This document shows, piece after piece, positions 1 through 8,623 of a DNA stretch of 64,000 nt (positions are counted from its first letter, which is position 1; the number at the start of each line of letters is the position of its first letter). The notes beneath the pieces are model-generated. The model saw only the letters and a list, made by a program, of their open reading frames with translations, did no database searches and was not told the DNA's origin. Both the position numbers and the translations under genes were made by a program. Where the stretch lies: the sequence record KT895374.1. One strand, 5' to 3'.

Positions 1-11
1 AAAAAAAAAAA

Positions 12-53
12 AAATATATAGTAACCAATAGATTTATTGGTTACTATATATTT
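12..53. terminator. 19-bp perfect inverted repeat, intrinsic terminator downstream of the minus-strand gene 59..331
   Basis: AAATATATAGTAACCAATA-gatt-TATTGGTTACTATATATTT, preceded by an A-tract (U-tract on the minus strand). Confidence 0.8.
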
Positions 54-58
54 CTATT

Positions 59-331
59 CTAATAATTTTTTTCAATGAATGCTTCTACTTCATCTGTACT
101 ATAGAACCAATCAGGTGTATTCTCTGGCTGATAGCCAGTTTCCTTATCTATAAAACCATATCCTGAAATAATTAGTTCAACTTCTGGATGATATTCTCTT
201 ACCTGATCTTCACTTATATAAACGTTCTGATAGTAAGGATCTCCATTTTCTTTAAGACCTGCATCTGAATACAAACGAATTATTTCAAATTTTTCTAAAC
301 TCTTAACTACTTCCACTTTACCCATCTCCAT
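59..331 (-). CDS. hypothetical phage protein (90 aa)
   Basis: ORF with a phage promoter motif upstream (351..358) and a terminator downstream. Confidence 0.7.
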   Translation of the reverse strand: MEMGKVEVVKSLEKFEIIRLYSDAGLKENGDPYYQNVYISEDQVREYHPEVELIISGYGFIDKETGYQPENTPDWFYSTDEVEAFIEKNY

Positions 332-350
332 TCAATATAGTATCATTCTT

Positions 351-358
351 ATAATATA
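351..358 (-). promoter_or_regulatory. early-type promoter TATATTAT-N6-G
   Basis: Member of the 14-site motif set described in the findings. Confidence 0.6.
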
Positions 359-373
359 TAATTAAATAACAAG

Positions 374-1108
374 TTACATTTCATTAATTTCTCTCATATT
401 ATCTCTTAATTTATTAAGGGTATCATTATATTTTTCTAAAGATTTTTTATATAAATCTGAGTTATCCTTTTTAGATTCTAAAGCCAACTTATAATATTCT
501 TTTAATGCTAAAGAAGTACTATTAATAATTTTTTCAATTTCTTCATTATATACCATTAAATCTTTGTTATTGTATACAATAGATAAGCCATCAATTAATT
601 CGATAATGCTTGATTGAAATTCATAATAAACTTCTGGATAATCTTTAATTAAAGACTTTGTAAGAAGTATTACCTGAAATAAAATTCTTTTCCCTAGATA
701 ATTATTATTCCCATAAAAATTATAAGATTTCTCATTTTTTATACTGCCAAAAATATTAAAGATTTTATTCTTCTTTTCTTGGGGAAATGAAAATGGTAAT
801 TTTAAAATAAAACTACTAGGAGTTAATTTTGCATAACTGCCAGAGCAAGTAGTTCTATAAATAATAAGATCTACTATATTTGAAAAGGATCTTTTTAATT
901 CCTCTCTAGAGATTCTAACAATTGGTTTAACCCCAGTATAATGTGGACCACTTTTTGCAGGATAAATATCTAATTCCCATTCATCTCTAAAGGATGGTAC
1001 TCTAAAATAATAAGCTTCTAAAAGTTCTAATCCTTTTATATCTTTATCTTTATTTGTATAAATAACATAGCCGTCTTTTGGAAAAACTCCCATTTTTAAA
1101 ACCTCCAA
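374..1108 (-). CDS. hypothetical protein, paralogue of 32253..32957
   Basis: Shared C-terminal half: ILLTKSLIKDYPE...LKEYYKLA...MREINEM vs IVLTKTLRDDYPE...IKEYYKLA...MKRINDL. Confidence 0.75.
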   Translation of the reverse strand: MEVLKMGVFPKDGYVIYTNKDKDIKGLELLEAYYFRVPSFRDEWELDIYPAKSGPHYTGVKPIVRISREELKRSFSNIVDLIIYRTTCSGSYAKLTPSSFILKLPFSFPQEKKNKIFNIFGSIKNEKSYNFYGNNNYLGKRILFQVILLTKSLIKDYPEVYYEFQSSIIELIDGLSIVYNNKDLMVYNEEIEKIINSTSLALKEYYKLALESKKDNSDLYKKSLEKYNDTLNKLRDNMREINEM

Positions 1109-1161
1109 CTTTTATTTTATTAATTTCTTTTTTTTATTTTCCTTATTATGAATATAAAAGA

Positions 1162-1195
1162 AACGATTAATAGACTAGTTAGTCTATTAATCGTT
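1162..1195. terminator. 16-bp inverted repeat terminator
   Basis: AACGATTAATAGACTA-gt-TAGTCTATTAATCGTT. Confidence 0.75.
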
Positions 1196-1324
1196 ATTTA
1201 GGTAATTTTTATCTATGATGGGAAATTCATGACTGCATTGCGGGCAAGAAGGTTCATTAAATATCATTCCTTTAATCCATTCGTAACTACACTGGACACA
1301 AATACATAATGACTCTTTCTTCAT
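1187..1324 (-). CDS. small Zn-ribbon protein (45 aa), not in the ORF track
   Basis: Manual translation MKKESLCICVQCSYEWIKGMIFNEPSCPQCSHEFPIIDKNYLNND; two CxxC pairs; GGGGG RBS. Confidence 0.75.
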   Translation of the reverse strand: MKKESLCICVQCSYEWIKGMIFNEPSCPQCSHEFPIIDKNYLNND

Positions 1325-1368
1325 TTTAATTCCCCCTTTATTTAATTGTTCTATTTGTTTTTTTTATT

Positions 1369-1599
1369 TTATTCTTCTATTATTTTATCTTCTCCAATTA
1401 AAATTTCAACAAAAATTGTATCATCTATTTGATATACTTTTACAGAAACTAATTTTTCATTATTTAAAACCAATAATTTATTTGAAAACTCTGTTGTTGC
1501 TTCAATAACATCTGTAATTCTATATTTTTTACCACTTACTGAAAATTTAATACTTTTATCTTTTCTATAATTATTTTTTAAAATTTCTAATAATTCCAT
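1369..1599 (-). CDS. hypothetical protein (76 aa)
   Basis: ORF in a tightly packed minus-strand operon. Confidence 0.7.
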   Translation of the reverse strand: MELLEILKNNYRKDKSIKFSVSGKKYRITDVIEATTEFSNKLLVLNNEKLVSVKVYQIDDTIFVEILIGEDKIIEE

Positions 1600-1601
1600 C
1601 T

Positions 1602-2309
1602 TTATTTCCCCTTTTGATATTTCTCATGTTCCTTCAACATATTGTTTAAATAATCTATTTGTCTACTAGAGGTCAATACTGTATCAGATTTTTTATTTGC
1701 CAATATTGTTTTGATTGAATTTATAATCATATCATTTAGAATCTCATAATTTGTTTTAATTTTATTATCTACACCCAAATAGAATAAGTCATCAATTGTA
1801 TTTCTGTCAGTAATTTGATCTTCAATTAAGGAATCAATATCTTTTTGAATATTTTCCAAAAAGGAATTAAACAATTCTTCCTCTAATGATCCTGAAAATT
1901 TTAAAGGTATCAATAATTCACAATTATCCTTTTTAATTATAATTTCAGATTTTTTATCTAATAGGTCTAAATATTTTTCATCTAATAAATTATCAATTTC
2001 TTTGGAAATAAATTCTAGGATTATACTGCATAGTTTTGGTACAAAACGTTCTGAAAACTCAACGTCTCCATTAGAAATAATACTGTTATAGTTAGAAGAA
2101 ATAGTAAAACCTGCATTACCCATAATATCTTTTATATCAAATTCACTAATTATTAGGAAACTTGGCATATTTTTATATTTTTTTGCACGATAGATCAATT
2201 TCCCAAATCTTGCGTTTAACCCTTTATTTATAAAAGGTATTAATATATTAAAAACATTATTTATTTTTATATTAGTGTCTATTATAGTCTTACTATGATT
2301 GATAATCAT
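1602..2309 (-). CDS. hypothetical protein, tandem paralogue of 2306..2965
   Basis: Shared motif F(Y/F)(L/I)GxDNKIKTNYE(I/V)LN. Confidence 0.75.
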   Translation of the reverse strand: MIINHSKTIIDTNIKINNVFNILIPFINKGLNARFGKLIYRAKKYKNMPSFLIISEFDIKDIMGNAGFTISSNYNSIISNGDVEFSERFVPKLCSIILEFISKEIDNLLDEKYLDLLDKKSEIIIKKDNCELLIPLKFSGSLEEELFNSFLENIQKDIDSLIEDQITDRNTIDDLFYLGVDNKIKTNYEILNDMIINSIKTILANKKSDTVLTSSRQIDYLNNMLKEHEKYQKGK

Positions 2310-2965
2310 AATTCATATTCTCCTCTTTTTATCTTTTCACGAATCTCATCTAAATAGTCTCTTTGAGATTGGGGAAAAACAAGCTCATTTTTTTGATTTT
2401 CTACTTTATCTTTTTCTATCATATCTAAAGCATTTAATATATTAGAATTCAACACCTCATAATTAGTCTTAATTTTATTATCTCTTCCAATAAAAAATAT
2501 ATTTTGGCTATTTTCTAATGTATATTCTAGAACATTATCCTTGATATAATTTTGAACTCTTTCTTTAAATTTTTCCAATAATTTTTCATCTATCTCCTGA
2601 TTCAATTTGAGACTGAAATGTAAGCTATTTTCTTCATCAAAATATGATTTTCCTTCAATTAAACTTTTATATTTTTCAGGAATGAATGATATAAAATTAT
2701 CAGTAATAAAAGTTTTAATTATGTCTTTTAAATTACTTTCTTCCATATGGTTCAGGTTAAATTTTACATTGGACAAACGTAATAAAGTATACATTAGATT
2801 ATAAGAATCAATTTTTATAGAAAGTTTAAATTCTCCAAAAGTATTTAAATCTTTTATTTCTTTTTCAATTGCTTTTTCAATAATTTCTTCTACCTTATCT
2901 AGAGAACTACTAAAATAACTATTCAATCTAATATTACTTAAAACTATTTCATCTTTAATATTCAA
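2306..2965 (-). CDS. hypothetical protein, tandem paralogue of 1602..2309
   Basis: Shared DNKIKTNYE motif and C-terminal QxDYL; 4-nt overlap with the downstream gene. Confidence 0.75.
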   Translation of the reverse strand: MNIKDEIVLSNIRLNSYFSSSLDKVEEIIEKAIEKEIKDLNTFGEFKLSIKIDSYNLMYTLLRLSNVKFNLNHMEESNLKDIIKTFITDNFISFIPEKYKSLIEGKSYFDEENSLHFSLKLNQEIDEKLLEKFKERVQNYIKDNVLEYTLENSQNIFFIGRDNKIKTNYEVLNSNILNALDMIEKDKVENQKNELVFPQSQRDYLDEIREKIKRGEYEL

Positions 2966-2989
2966 TTAAATTTCTCCTTTCAAAATATT

Positions 2990-3034
2990 AACTTAAATAA
3001 ATATAAATCTTAAAGATTTATATTTATTTAAGTT
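2990..3034. terminator. 21-bp perfect AT-rich inverted repeat
   Basis: AACTTAAATAAATATAAATCT-taa-AGATTTATATTTATTTAAGTT. Confidence 0.6.
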
Positions 3035-3080
3035 TTAGTCTTTAATATTTAATTCTAAAAATATAATATATATTTAAATA

Positions 3081-3194
3081 TTAATCTTCTTTATTTAAAT
3101 CTAATTCATTCTCTTGCTTTAATTTTTCTCTTTCAATGCTTCTTAAATACATCTGAATCTCAAAATCTTTATCCTCAAAATTTTTATTAGACAT
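3081..3194 (-). CDS. small hypothetical protein (37 aa), not in the ORF track
   Basis: GGAGG RBS; MSNKNFEDKDFEIQMYLRSIEREKLKQENELDLNKED. Confidence 0.6.
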   Translation of the reverse strand: MSNKNFEDKDFEIQMYLRSIEREKLKQENELDLNKED

Positions 3195-3209
3195 TTTATA
3201 TTCCTCCAT

Positions 3210-3854
3210 CTATCTATTTTTTAAATCTACTAAATAATCTCTTTTTAATGTATAAAAATAATCATTATCATCTAATTCTTTAATAATTTGATTACATACA
3301 AATTTGAAATTACTATCATATTCTGTTTGATCGATTGTAAACCCTCCCCTTACCTCATCAAAGACCATCATATTTTTATTTTCTAATAATTTTTTAATTA
3401 AATAACTTTCAATTCTTTTATTTGTATCGTGTTTAAAAGTATTCATAACTTCTTTTTCATTTATATTCTTTACATTTATAACGATTGTAAACCCTTCTGA
3501 CCACGTTGGTAGTTTAGTTTGGACAATATTCTTTTTATTCTCTAATGAAAAAAAATTAAAAATGTTATTTTCAATAAATTTTTTAAAGAAATGAACTACT
3601 GCTAAAGGTAGGTTATTGTTAGCATGTCGATAGTATTTATCACTTATGTTTAAAAATGCATTTGATAGCTGATTTATTAAGTCACTCAGATCAATATCAA
3701 TATCTGTTACTAATGATCTCTTAATATCTTCTTTTCTCATTTCATATAGATCTTCAAACCTATTATTAATGAATGATGATATATACTCCTGATTTGTAGA
3801 AATTGTCTCCCCTAAGTCATTTATAAACCTATGCCCAATTTCAAATTTTTTCAT
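3210..3854 (-). CDS. hypothetical protein (214 aa)
   Basis: ORF with GGGAGAG RBS and an AACA-N6-TA motif upstream. Confidence 0.7.
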   Translation of the reverse strand: MKKFEIGHRFINDLGETISTNQEYISSFINNRFEDLYEMRKEDIKRSLVTDIDIDLSDLINQLSNAFLNISDKYYRHANNNLPLAVVHFFKKFIENNIFNFFSLENKKNIVQTKLPTWSEGFTIVINVKNINEKEVMNTFKHDTNKRIESYLIKKLLENKNMMVFDEVRGGFTIDQTEYDSNFKFVCNQIIKELDDNDYFYTLKRDYLVDLKNR

Positions 3855-3927
3855 AATTCTCTCTCCCTTTTAAATATAGAAAATCACAATATCTATAAAG
3901 ATGTTTGTGATTTTCTATATTTTTTAA

Positions 3928-4182
3928 TTAAATGATTTCCCGAATAAAGAAACCAATTTTATGATTACAATCAAATTTTTCGTAGATTTCAAATTGTTCA
4001 CCAATAATATTTTGAGCTGTTAATTTAGCACCCAGAAATGACAACCAACGATCTTCTGCCGCTTCATGAGTGTCAACACCTTCATTATTATAAACCCACC
4101 CTATTTTATCGTCTTCCAAAAAGAAAATACCTGAATTATATTCGTTTTTTAAAGTTTTATAAACATCTTGTAGACTCATCAT
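3928..4182 (-). CDS. hypothetical protein (84 aa)
   Basis: ORF directly downstream of 4192..5442. Confidence 0.65.
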   Translation of the reverse strand: MMSLQDVYKTLKNEYNSGIFFLEDDKIGWVYNNEGVDTHEAAEDRWLSFLGAKLTAQNIIGEQFEIYEKFDCNHKIGFFIREII

Positions 4183-4191
4183 AATCTTCCT

Positions 4192-5442
4192 TTACTTTTT
4201 AATATCCTCTATAGTTTTGATGAGATCTCTTCTATCGTCCATTATATACTTTCTGATAAGGTTTAATCTTTTTAGATTCCCATAAATAATAATTGTATAC
4301 ATGACATTTTTTAGAGGATCTTTAGTTTTTAAGGTGGTGTTTTTCCAATCGACTTCAAAGAAACCTTCATCAAGCTCTTTGTTATCCAATAGGACTTTTA
4401 CATTAAATAATTCCTTGAGGTTTAATTTTGCTTTTATAGCTTCTTCAAGCACTTCCCTAATTTCAGGATCTAATAATCTCTCAAATTGAAGATAATCAAT
4501 TTCTGTATTTATATCAGGTTCATATCCTTTATATTTCAGGAGGTGCATATTATCAATTTGTTCTCTAATAAAATGTGTAGGTACTTGAAATTCATATTTC
4601 ATTTTTCCATCATCCTCTAGATCTAATGGGATGTCTGGTACATCATCTTTAATTTCCATCACAAAATTTGAATGACTCCAAAAATCAAAAGAAAAGTTAA
4701 ATTCAACTGTTGAATCTTTTATAACTAATCCCTCTGTATTAACTTCTACGGTAGGAATATCTGGAAAATGTGTTAGAATATTAGTTTTATAATTATAATA
4801 ATATTTACTAGTTCCTGAAGCAGTATCAATACTTTCGGATATACCATTATAAGAATTATCAAATAGGTATTCTTCTAACTTGTTACGATCTACTTGATTT
4901 TTAAGATTAAGATTTAATCTCTGTGCAATATAAGTAGTATAAAGTTTAGGAATTCTAGTCTGAAGTCTAACATCATTAAGATAGAATCGACCACCAACCT
5001 CAAAGTTTTGCCTAATATAATGCAAGACATTAAGGGCTGATAATTTTGTTTGTAATACAATCTTTACATTAAAATCCATTTTAATTCGATCTGGTATAGA
5101 ATAAATATAAATATTATTCTTCTCATCATATAAGACTCCATTATATTGCTTGTGTGGTTTTTTAAATGTAAAATATTGAGTAGTATGCCATTTTGGTAAG
5201 AGTTCCATAAAACTATCTTCAGCAGTGTATTGTGTATCAATAACTAATAATGGTTTACTAAGTTTAATTATCTTATCATCTTCTAATCTTACTTCATTTA
5301 ATGAGTCAATAATGTACGTATCTTTAAAAAAATTAGGTGGAAATACTTCTTGTAAGAAACTCCTAGCATAGCCAGTAGCATTTCCAATTAGAGATGAAAT
5401 AGACGATGATGCTTTACAAGAAATAATTTGGGTTTCCTTCAA
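4192..5442 (-). CDS. hypothetical protein, possibly a virion structural protein (416 aa)
   Basis: Long ORF preceded by a late-type AACA-N6-TA motif; structural role is inference only. Confidence 0.55.
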   Translation of the reverse strand: MKETQIISCKASSSISSLIGNATGYARSFLQEVFPPNFFKDTYIIDSLNEVRLEDDKIIKLSKPLLVIDTQYTAEDSFMELLPKWHTTQYFTFKKPHKQYNGVLYDEKNNIYIYSIPDRIKMDFNVKIVLQTKLSALNVLHYIRQNFEVGGRFYLNDVRLQTRIPKLYTTYIAQRLNLNLKNQVDRNKLEEYLFDNSYNGISESIDTASGTSKYYYNYKTNILTHFPDIPTVEVNTEGLVIKDSTVEFNFSFDFWSHSNFVMEIKDDVPDIPLDLEDDGKMKYEFQVPTHFIREQIDNMHLLKYKGYEPDINTEIDYLQFERLLDPEIREVLEEAIKAKLNLKELFNVKVLLDNKELDEGFFEVDWKNTTLKTKDPLKNVMYTIIIYGNLKRLNLIRKYIMDDRRDLIKTIEDIKK

Positions 5443-5490
5443 TTATATCACTTCCATATACTTAATATTGGTATGTTTTAGTATAAAAAA

Positions 5491-5515
5491 AAATAAGGGT
5501 ATATAACCCTTATTT
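5491..5515 (-). terminator. intrinsic terminator
   Basis: AAATAAGGGT-atata-ACCCTTATTT with an A-tract on its left. Confidence 0.75.
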
Positions 5516-5993
5516 AAACTAACTCCATTGAATTTTCTAGATTATTTAACTCTTCTAAAATTTCCCTTAATTCATTAATAATTGGTTTCTTCCAATATTT
5601 ATCAATACTTTTAAATAGATCCGATTTGAATTCCTTATTAATTTTCATTCGTTTTACTCTTTTAATGAAATTGTTAATATCGTCTTCCTCATCTAATGTA
5701 ATGTCTTCTAGTTCTTGATGTAAAATTGTTTGTAAATCTGGTGAAATGTCATAAATTGCAAAAATAGATTCTAGGCTTTCAAAACCAATAGCATAATCAA
5801 TATTTCCAATAGATTCTAATGAGCTAGGAACACTTCCAATAATATAATCTACATTCTTCCAGTTATCATAAAAATATTCCTTTACTTGCTCATTTCCAAA
5901 TTCAATATCTGTTACAGAATTTAATTTTTCTTTTAAGAGTAGTCCTTTAGATTCTAATTGATTCAATAGTTTATTAATTTTAGATTCTTGCAT
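5514..5993 (-). CDS. hypothetical acidic protein (159 aa)
   Basis: ORF with AAGGA RBS. Confidence 0.7.
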   Translation of the reverse strand: MQESKINKLLNQLESKGLLLKEKLNSVTDIEFGNEQVKEYFYDNWKNVDYIIGSVPSSLESIGNIDYAIGFESLESIFAIYDISPDLQTILHQELEDITLDEEDDINNFIKRVKRMKINKEFKSDLFKSIDKYWKKPIINELREILEELNNLENSMELV

Positions 5994-6014
5994 AATATAT
6001 TCATCCTTTGTTTT

Positions 6015-6677
6015 TTAATATAGTTTTTCTATAATAGGTATAAGTATTCTTGGTGATGCTATTCCTGTATTACTTATGGTATGTGTACTTCCTGTTATAT
6101 TAAATCTTTTTGTTTGCTCTTCTCCAAAATAGGTACAACTATGTGATTCAATCCATCCATACTTTTCAGTATATATTTCTATATCTAATTTCTTTAAATG
6201 ATATCCTTTATCTTTTATGGTCATATCCACTACACGATTTTTAATTTCTAATTCATCCAGAAATTCAATAGCATTATTTAATAGTAAATTAAAATCTTCC
6301 TCCCATTTATCTTTAGTAGTAAAACAAAATTGTTCTAATTTAATAAATTCTTCTAATCTTAAATTTTCAATTTCAATATTTTCTCTTCTGAAGCAGGTAT
6401 TTTGAGCATAGATTTTCATTGAATCAACTTTCTTATCTTGAAAATATTCTAAAATTCCCTGTTCAGCAGAACCAGCTAAAGCATTTCTTCTATCACTAAT
6501 GTGTAGTGAGTCTCTTCTGTCAAAACCCTGTTTATCAAGAGTTTCCCATTTTATTGCAGAAGGAACTGATAGATACTTAAATCCTTTAGAATCTAGTTTA
6601 TCTGAAAATCTCCTAAATAAATCTCTTTCTATTTTAGATAATTCAAAATCTAATGTGTTATTATACATTTTCTTCAC
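6015..6677 (-). CDS. seryl-tRNA synthetase-like class II catalytic core, lacking the N-terminal tRNA-binding coiled coil
   Basis: LAGSAEQ (TxE-like serine-binding loop), NTCFRRE (motif 2), LEEFIKLEQF, KLDIEI, IESHSC, HTISNTGIASPRIL (motif 3); only 220 aa. Confidence 0.8.
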   Translation of the reverse strand: MKKMYNNTLDFELSKIERDLFRRFSDKLDSKGFKYLSVPSAIKWETLDKQGFDRRDSLHISDRRNALAGSAEQGILEYFQDKKVDSMKIYAQNTCFRRENIEIENLRLEEFIKLEQFCFTTKDKWEEDFNLLLNNAIEFLDELEIKNRVVDMTIKDKGYHLKKLDIEIYTEKYGWIESHSCTYFGEEQTKRFNITGSTHTISNTGIASPRILIPIIEKLY

Positions 6678-6978
6678 TTTTAACTTTACTATTTAATTCT
6701 GCAAATTTTAATAATTCATTAAAATCCATATTATTATTTTCAGCAAATCCTTTAACTGCACCAATGATATCTGATAGCTCAATAGCTAACATCAAATATT
6801 GTTCTTGTTCTAATGCATCTTTAGCTTCTAAGACTTCTTCTTCAATTTTAGAGAACTCTCCATATTTACCTTTTTCAATTGCTCTTTTATGGTATCCTTT
6901 ATTCTTATTATTTTTACTACGATAATCTTTATCAAATATATGACTTTTATAAGGTACAGATACTTCTTCCATTTTCAT
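6661..6978 (-). CDS. MazG-like all-alpha nucleotide pyrophosphohydrolase
   Basis: SKIEEEVLEAKDA...IELSDIIGAV matches the EExxE...ExxD MazG pattern; overlaps the SerRS-like gene by 17 nt. Confidence 0.65.
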   Translation of the reverse strand: MKMEEVSVPYKSHIFDKDYRSKNNKNKGYHKRAIEKGKYGEFSKIEEEVLEAKDALEQEQYLMLAIELSDIIGAVKGFAENNNMDFNELLKFAELNSKVKSEENV

Positions 6979-6982
6979 AAGA

Positions 6983-7363
6983 TCATTCTCCTTTTATTTT
7001 CTTAATTAAACCATCTTTAATAGTTGCAGTATATTCCTCTTTATTCTGAATCATATTAAATAGCGACTCACTCTTGGTTTCAACCCAAACTTTATCATTA
7101 TCAATACTTACTTGTAATAGATATCTTTCACTTTCATTTTTATTTCTTTTAGGAATCAAATGCTTATTTTCAATAATTATATTTTTATCTTTAACTTCTA
7201 AATCTGAAATCTTTTGATTGTTTATAAACTGATTTTCTTCTGGTGGAAAAGATAATAATATCATGATAGTTAATAGAATAAATGATAAAACAATTAAAAT
7301 TATATACTTTATTGAAATCCTTTTATCTTTTACAATAGATCTTTTTGATATTCTAGTCTCCAA
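6983..7363 (-). CDS. single-pass membrane protein, paralogue of 8304..8606
   Basis: N-terminal hydrophobic helix; shared WVxTKSExL(F/Y)N...Y...IKDG(L/I)I. Confidence 0.7.
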   Translation of the reverse strand: METRISKRSIVKDKRISIKYIILIVLSFILLTIMILLSFPPEENQFINNQKISDLEVKDKNIIIENKHLIPKRNKNESERYLLQVSIDNDKVWVETKSESLFNMIQNKEEYTATIKDGLIKKIKGE

Positions 7364-7385
7364 AATAATCCCCCCGAATTACTTT

Positions 7386-7838
7386 TTAAATCTTTGAAAT
7401 AACATCTGACAGATATTGACCTTTATTTAATTTAATTAATTTGGGAAAGGTTTCGCTTTCAATCTCTTTAATAAATTTTTCCCAATTGTCATTAATAATT
7501 TTAGCAAATGCCTCAGTATTACCACGTTTTTTGATTCGCTCCATATATTCTTCTTTTAATTCAATAGAAGGATATACAATAGTGTAGTCCATTTTATTAT
7601 TTTCTAATTCTTTTCTAACTAGGTGATGTGTAGATATTAGAATATAATCAACCTTACCAATATTTTCCTTAATATGTTTAATATAATTATTTGGGAAATC
7701 AGGATTTCTTTTATCTGTTTTATCTACCCATGAAAAATCAATACTATCTGAATCTAATATTGAATAGTCATTATTATTCTTAAACAGACTACTCTTACCA
7801 ATAGCTGGAAAACCTGAAATAATTTTAGTTTCTTTCAT
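7386..7838 (-). CDS. P-loop NTPase, nucleotide-kinase-like
   Basis: N-terminal Walker A IISGFPAIGKS followed by ILDSDS. Confidence 0.65.
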   Translation of the reverse strand: MKETKIISGFPAIGKSSLFKNNNDYSILDSDSIDFSWVDKTDKRNPDFPNNYIKHIKENIGKVDYILISTHHLVRKELENNKMDYTIVYPSIELKEEYMERIKKRGNTEAFAKIINDNWEKFIKEIESETFPKLIKLNKGQYLSDVISKI

Positions 7839-7989
7839 TTTGATTTCCCTCCATACTATTATTTAATTTTGATAGTAAAATTTTTTTAAATGAATAGTCA
7901 TTAAAATTTTCAATGTTATTTTCTTTTTTGTTAGTTTTAATAATTTCAATATGTTTTAAATAATCTTTACCTGTAGTTACAAATATCAT
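7825..7989 (-). CDS. small hypothetical protein (54 aa), not in the ORF track
   Basis: GAGGAG RBS; fills the gap between 7838 and 7991. Confidence 0.5.
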   Translation of the reverse strand: MIFVTTGKDYLKHIEIIKTNKKENNIENFNDYSFKKILLSKLNNSMEGNQNERN

Positions 7990-7990
7990 A

Positions 7991-8242
7991 TTAAATTTTC
8001 TCCTCTCTTATAATTTTATCAATGGTTGCATGCATTGCATGTAAGTAAAATAATACATCTACAATTTCTCCATCCATTAATTTTTCTCTATAATCTTTAA
8101 ATTTTTTTAAATGTAAGATAATCTCATAATTATTTTCCTTTTCATTTTCTTTCTCCAATGAAAGATAGGAATTTTTTATTTTCTTATTTATTTCTTCAAT
8201 TCTTTTATTAGCAAACCATAGATCATCTCTCTTTTTTACCAT
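7991..8242 (-). CDS. hypothetical protein (83 aa)
   Basis: AAGGAG RBS. Confidence 0.65.
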   Translation of the reverse strand: MVKKRDDLWFANKRIEEINKKIKNSYLSLEKENEKENNYEIILHLKKFKDYREKLMDGEIVDVLFYLHAMHATIDKIIREEKI

Positions 8243-8259
8243 TAATGTATCTCCTTAAT

Positions 8260-8299
8260 AAAGATAACCTAGACTCAAATAAGAATCTAGGTTATCTTT
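8260..8299. terminator. inverted repeat terminator
   Basis: AAAGATAACCTAGA-N12-TCTAGGTTATCTTT. Confidence 0.7.
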
Positions 8300-8303
8300 T
8301 TAT

Positions 8304-8606
8304 TTATTCTTCAATAATACCATCTTTAATATTTAAATTATATTGATTTTTTTCATGTAGTTTATTATAAAGTTTTTCTGATTTTGTCATTACCCATTTT
8401 CCATCAATTTTAAAGTAGTACTCGTTATCTTCATCTTTTTTATGTTTAATTTTTTGTATTTTTTCCTCAATAGTTACCCTATCACTAAAAGTAACTTCAT
8501 CAGGCTCTAATTCACTTTGCTGTTTTATTTCAACCATTGTAATTATCATAACTAAAGATATAGCAATAATTATGATTGATAATGTAATTACTATTTTATT
8601 TAACAT
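8304..8606 (-). CDS. single-pass membrane protein, paralogue of 6983..7363
   Basis: N-terminal TM helix; KWVMTKSEKLYN...IKDGII. Confidence 0.7.
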   Translation of the reverse strand: MLNKIVITLSIIIIAISLVMIITMVEIKQQSELEPDEVTFSDRVTIEEKIQKIKHKKDEDNEYYFKIDGKWVMTKSEKLYNKLHEKNQYNLNIKDGIIEE

Positions 8607-8623
8607 TCTTATTCCCCTGTTTA

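Noticed and set aside
2966-3080. Replication origin in the extremely AT-rich spacer
   Set aside because: No iterons or DnaA boxes were seen; a hairpin and a promoter-like motif account for it.
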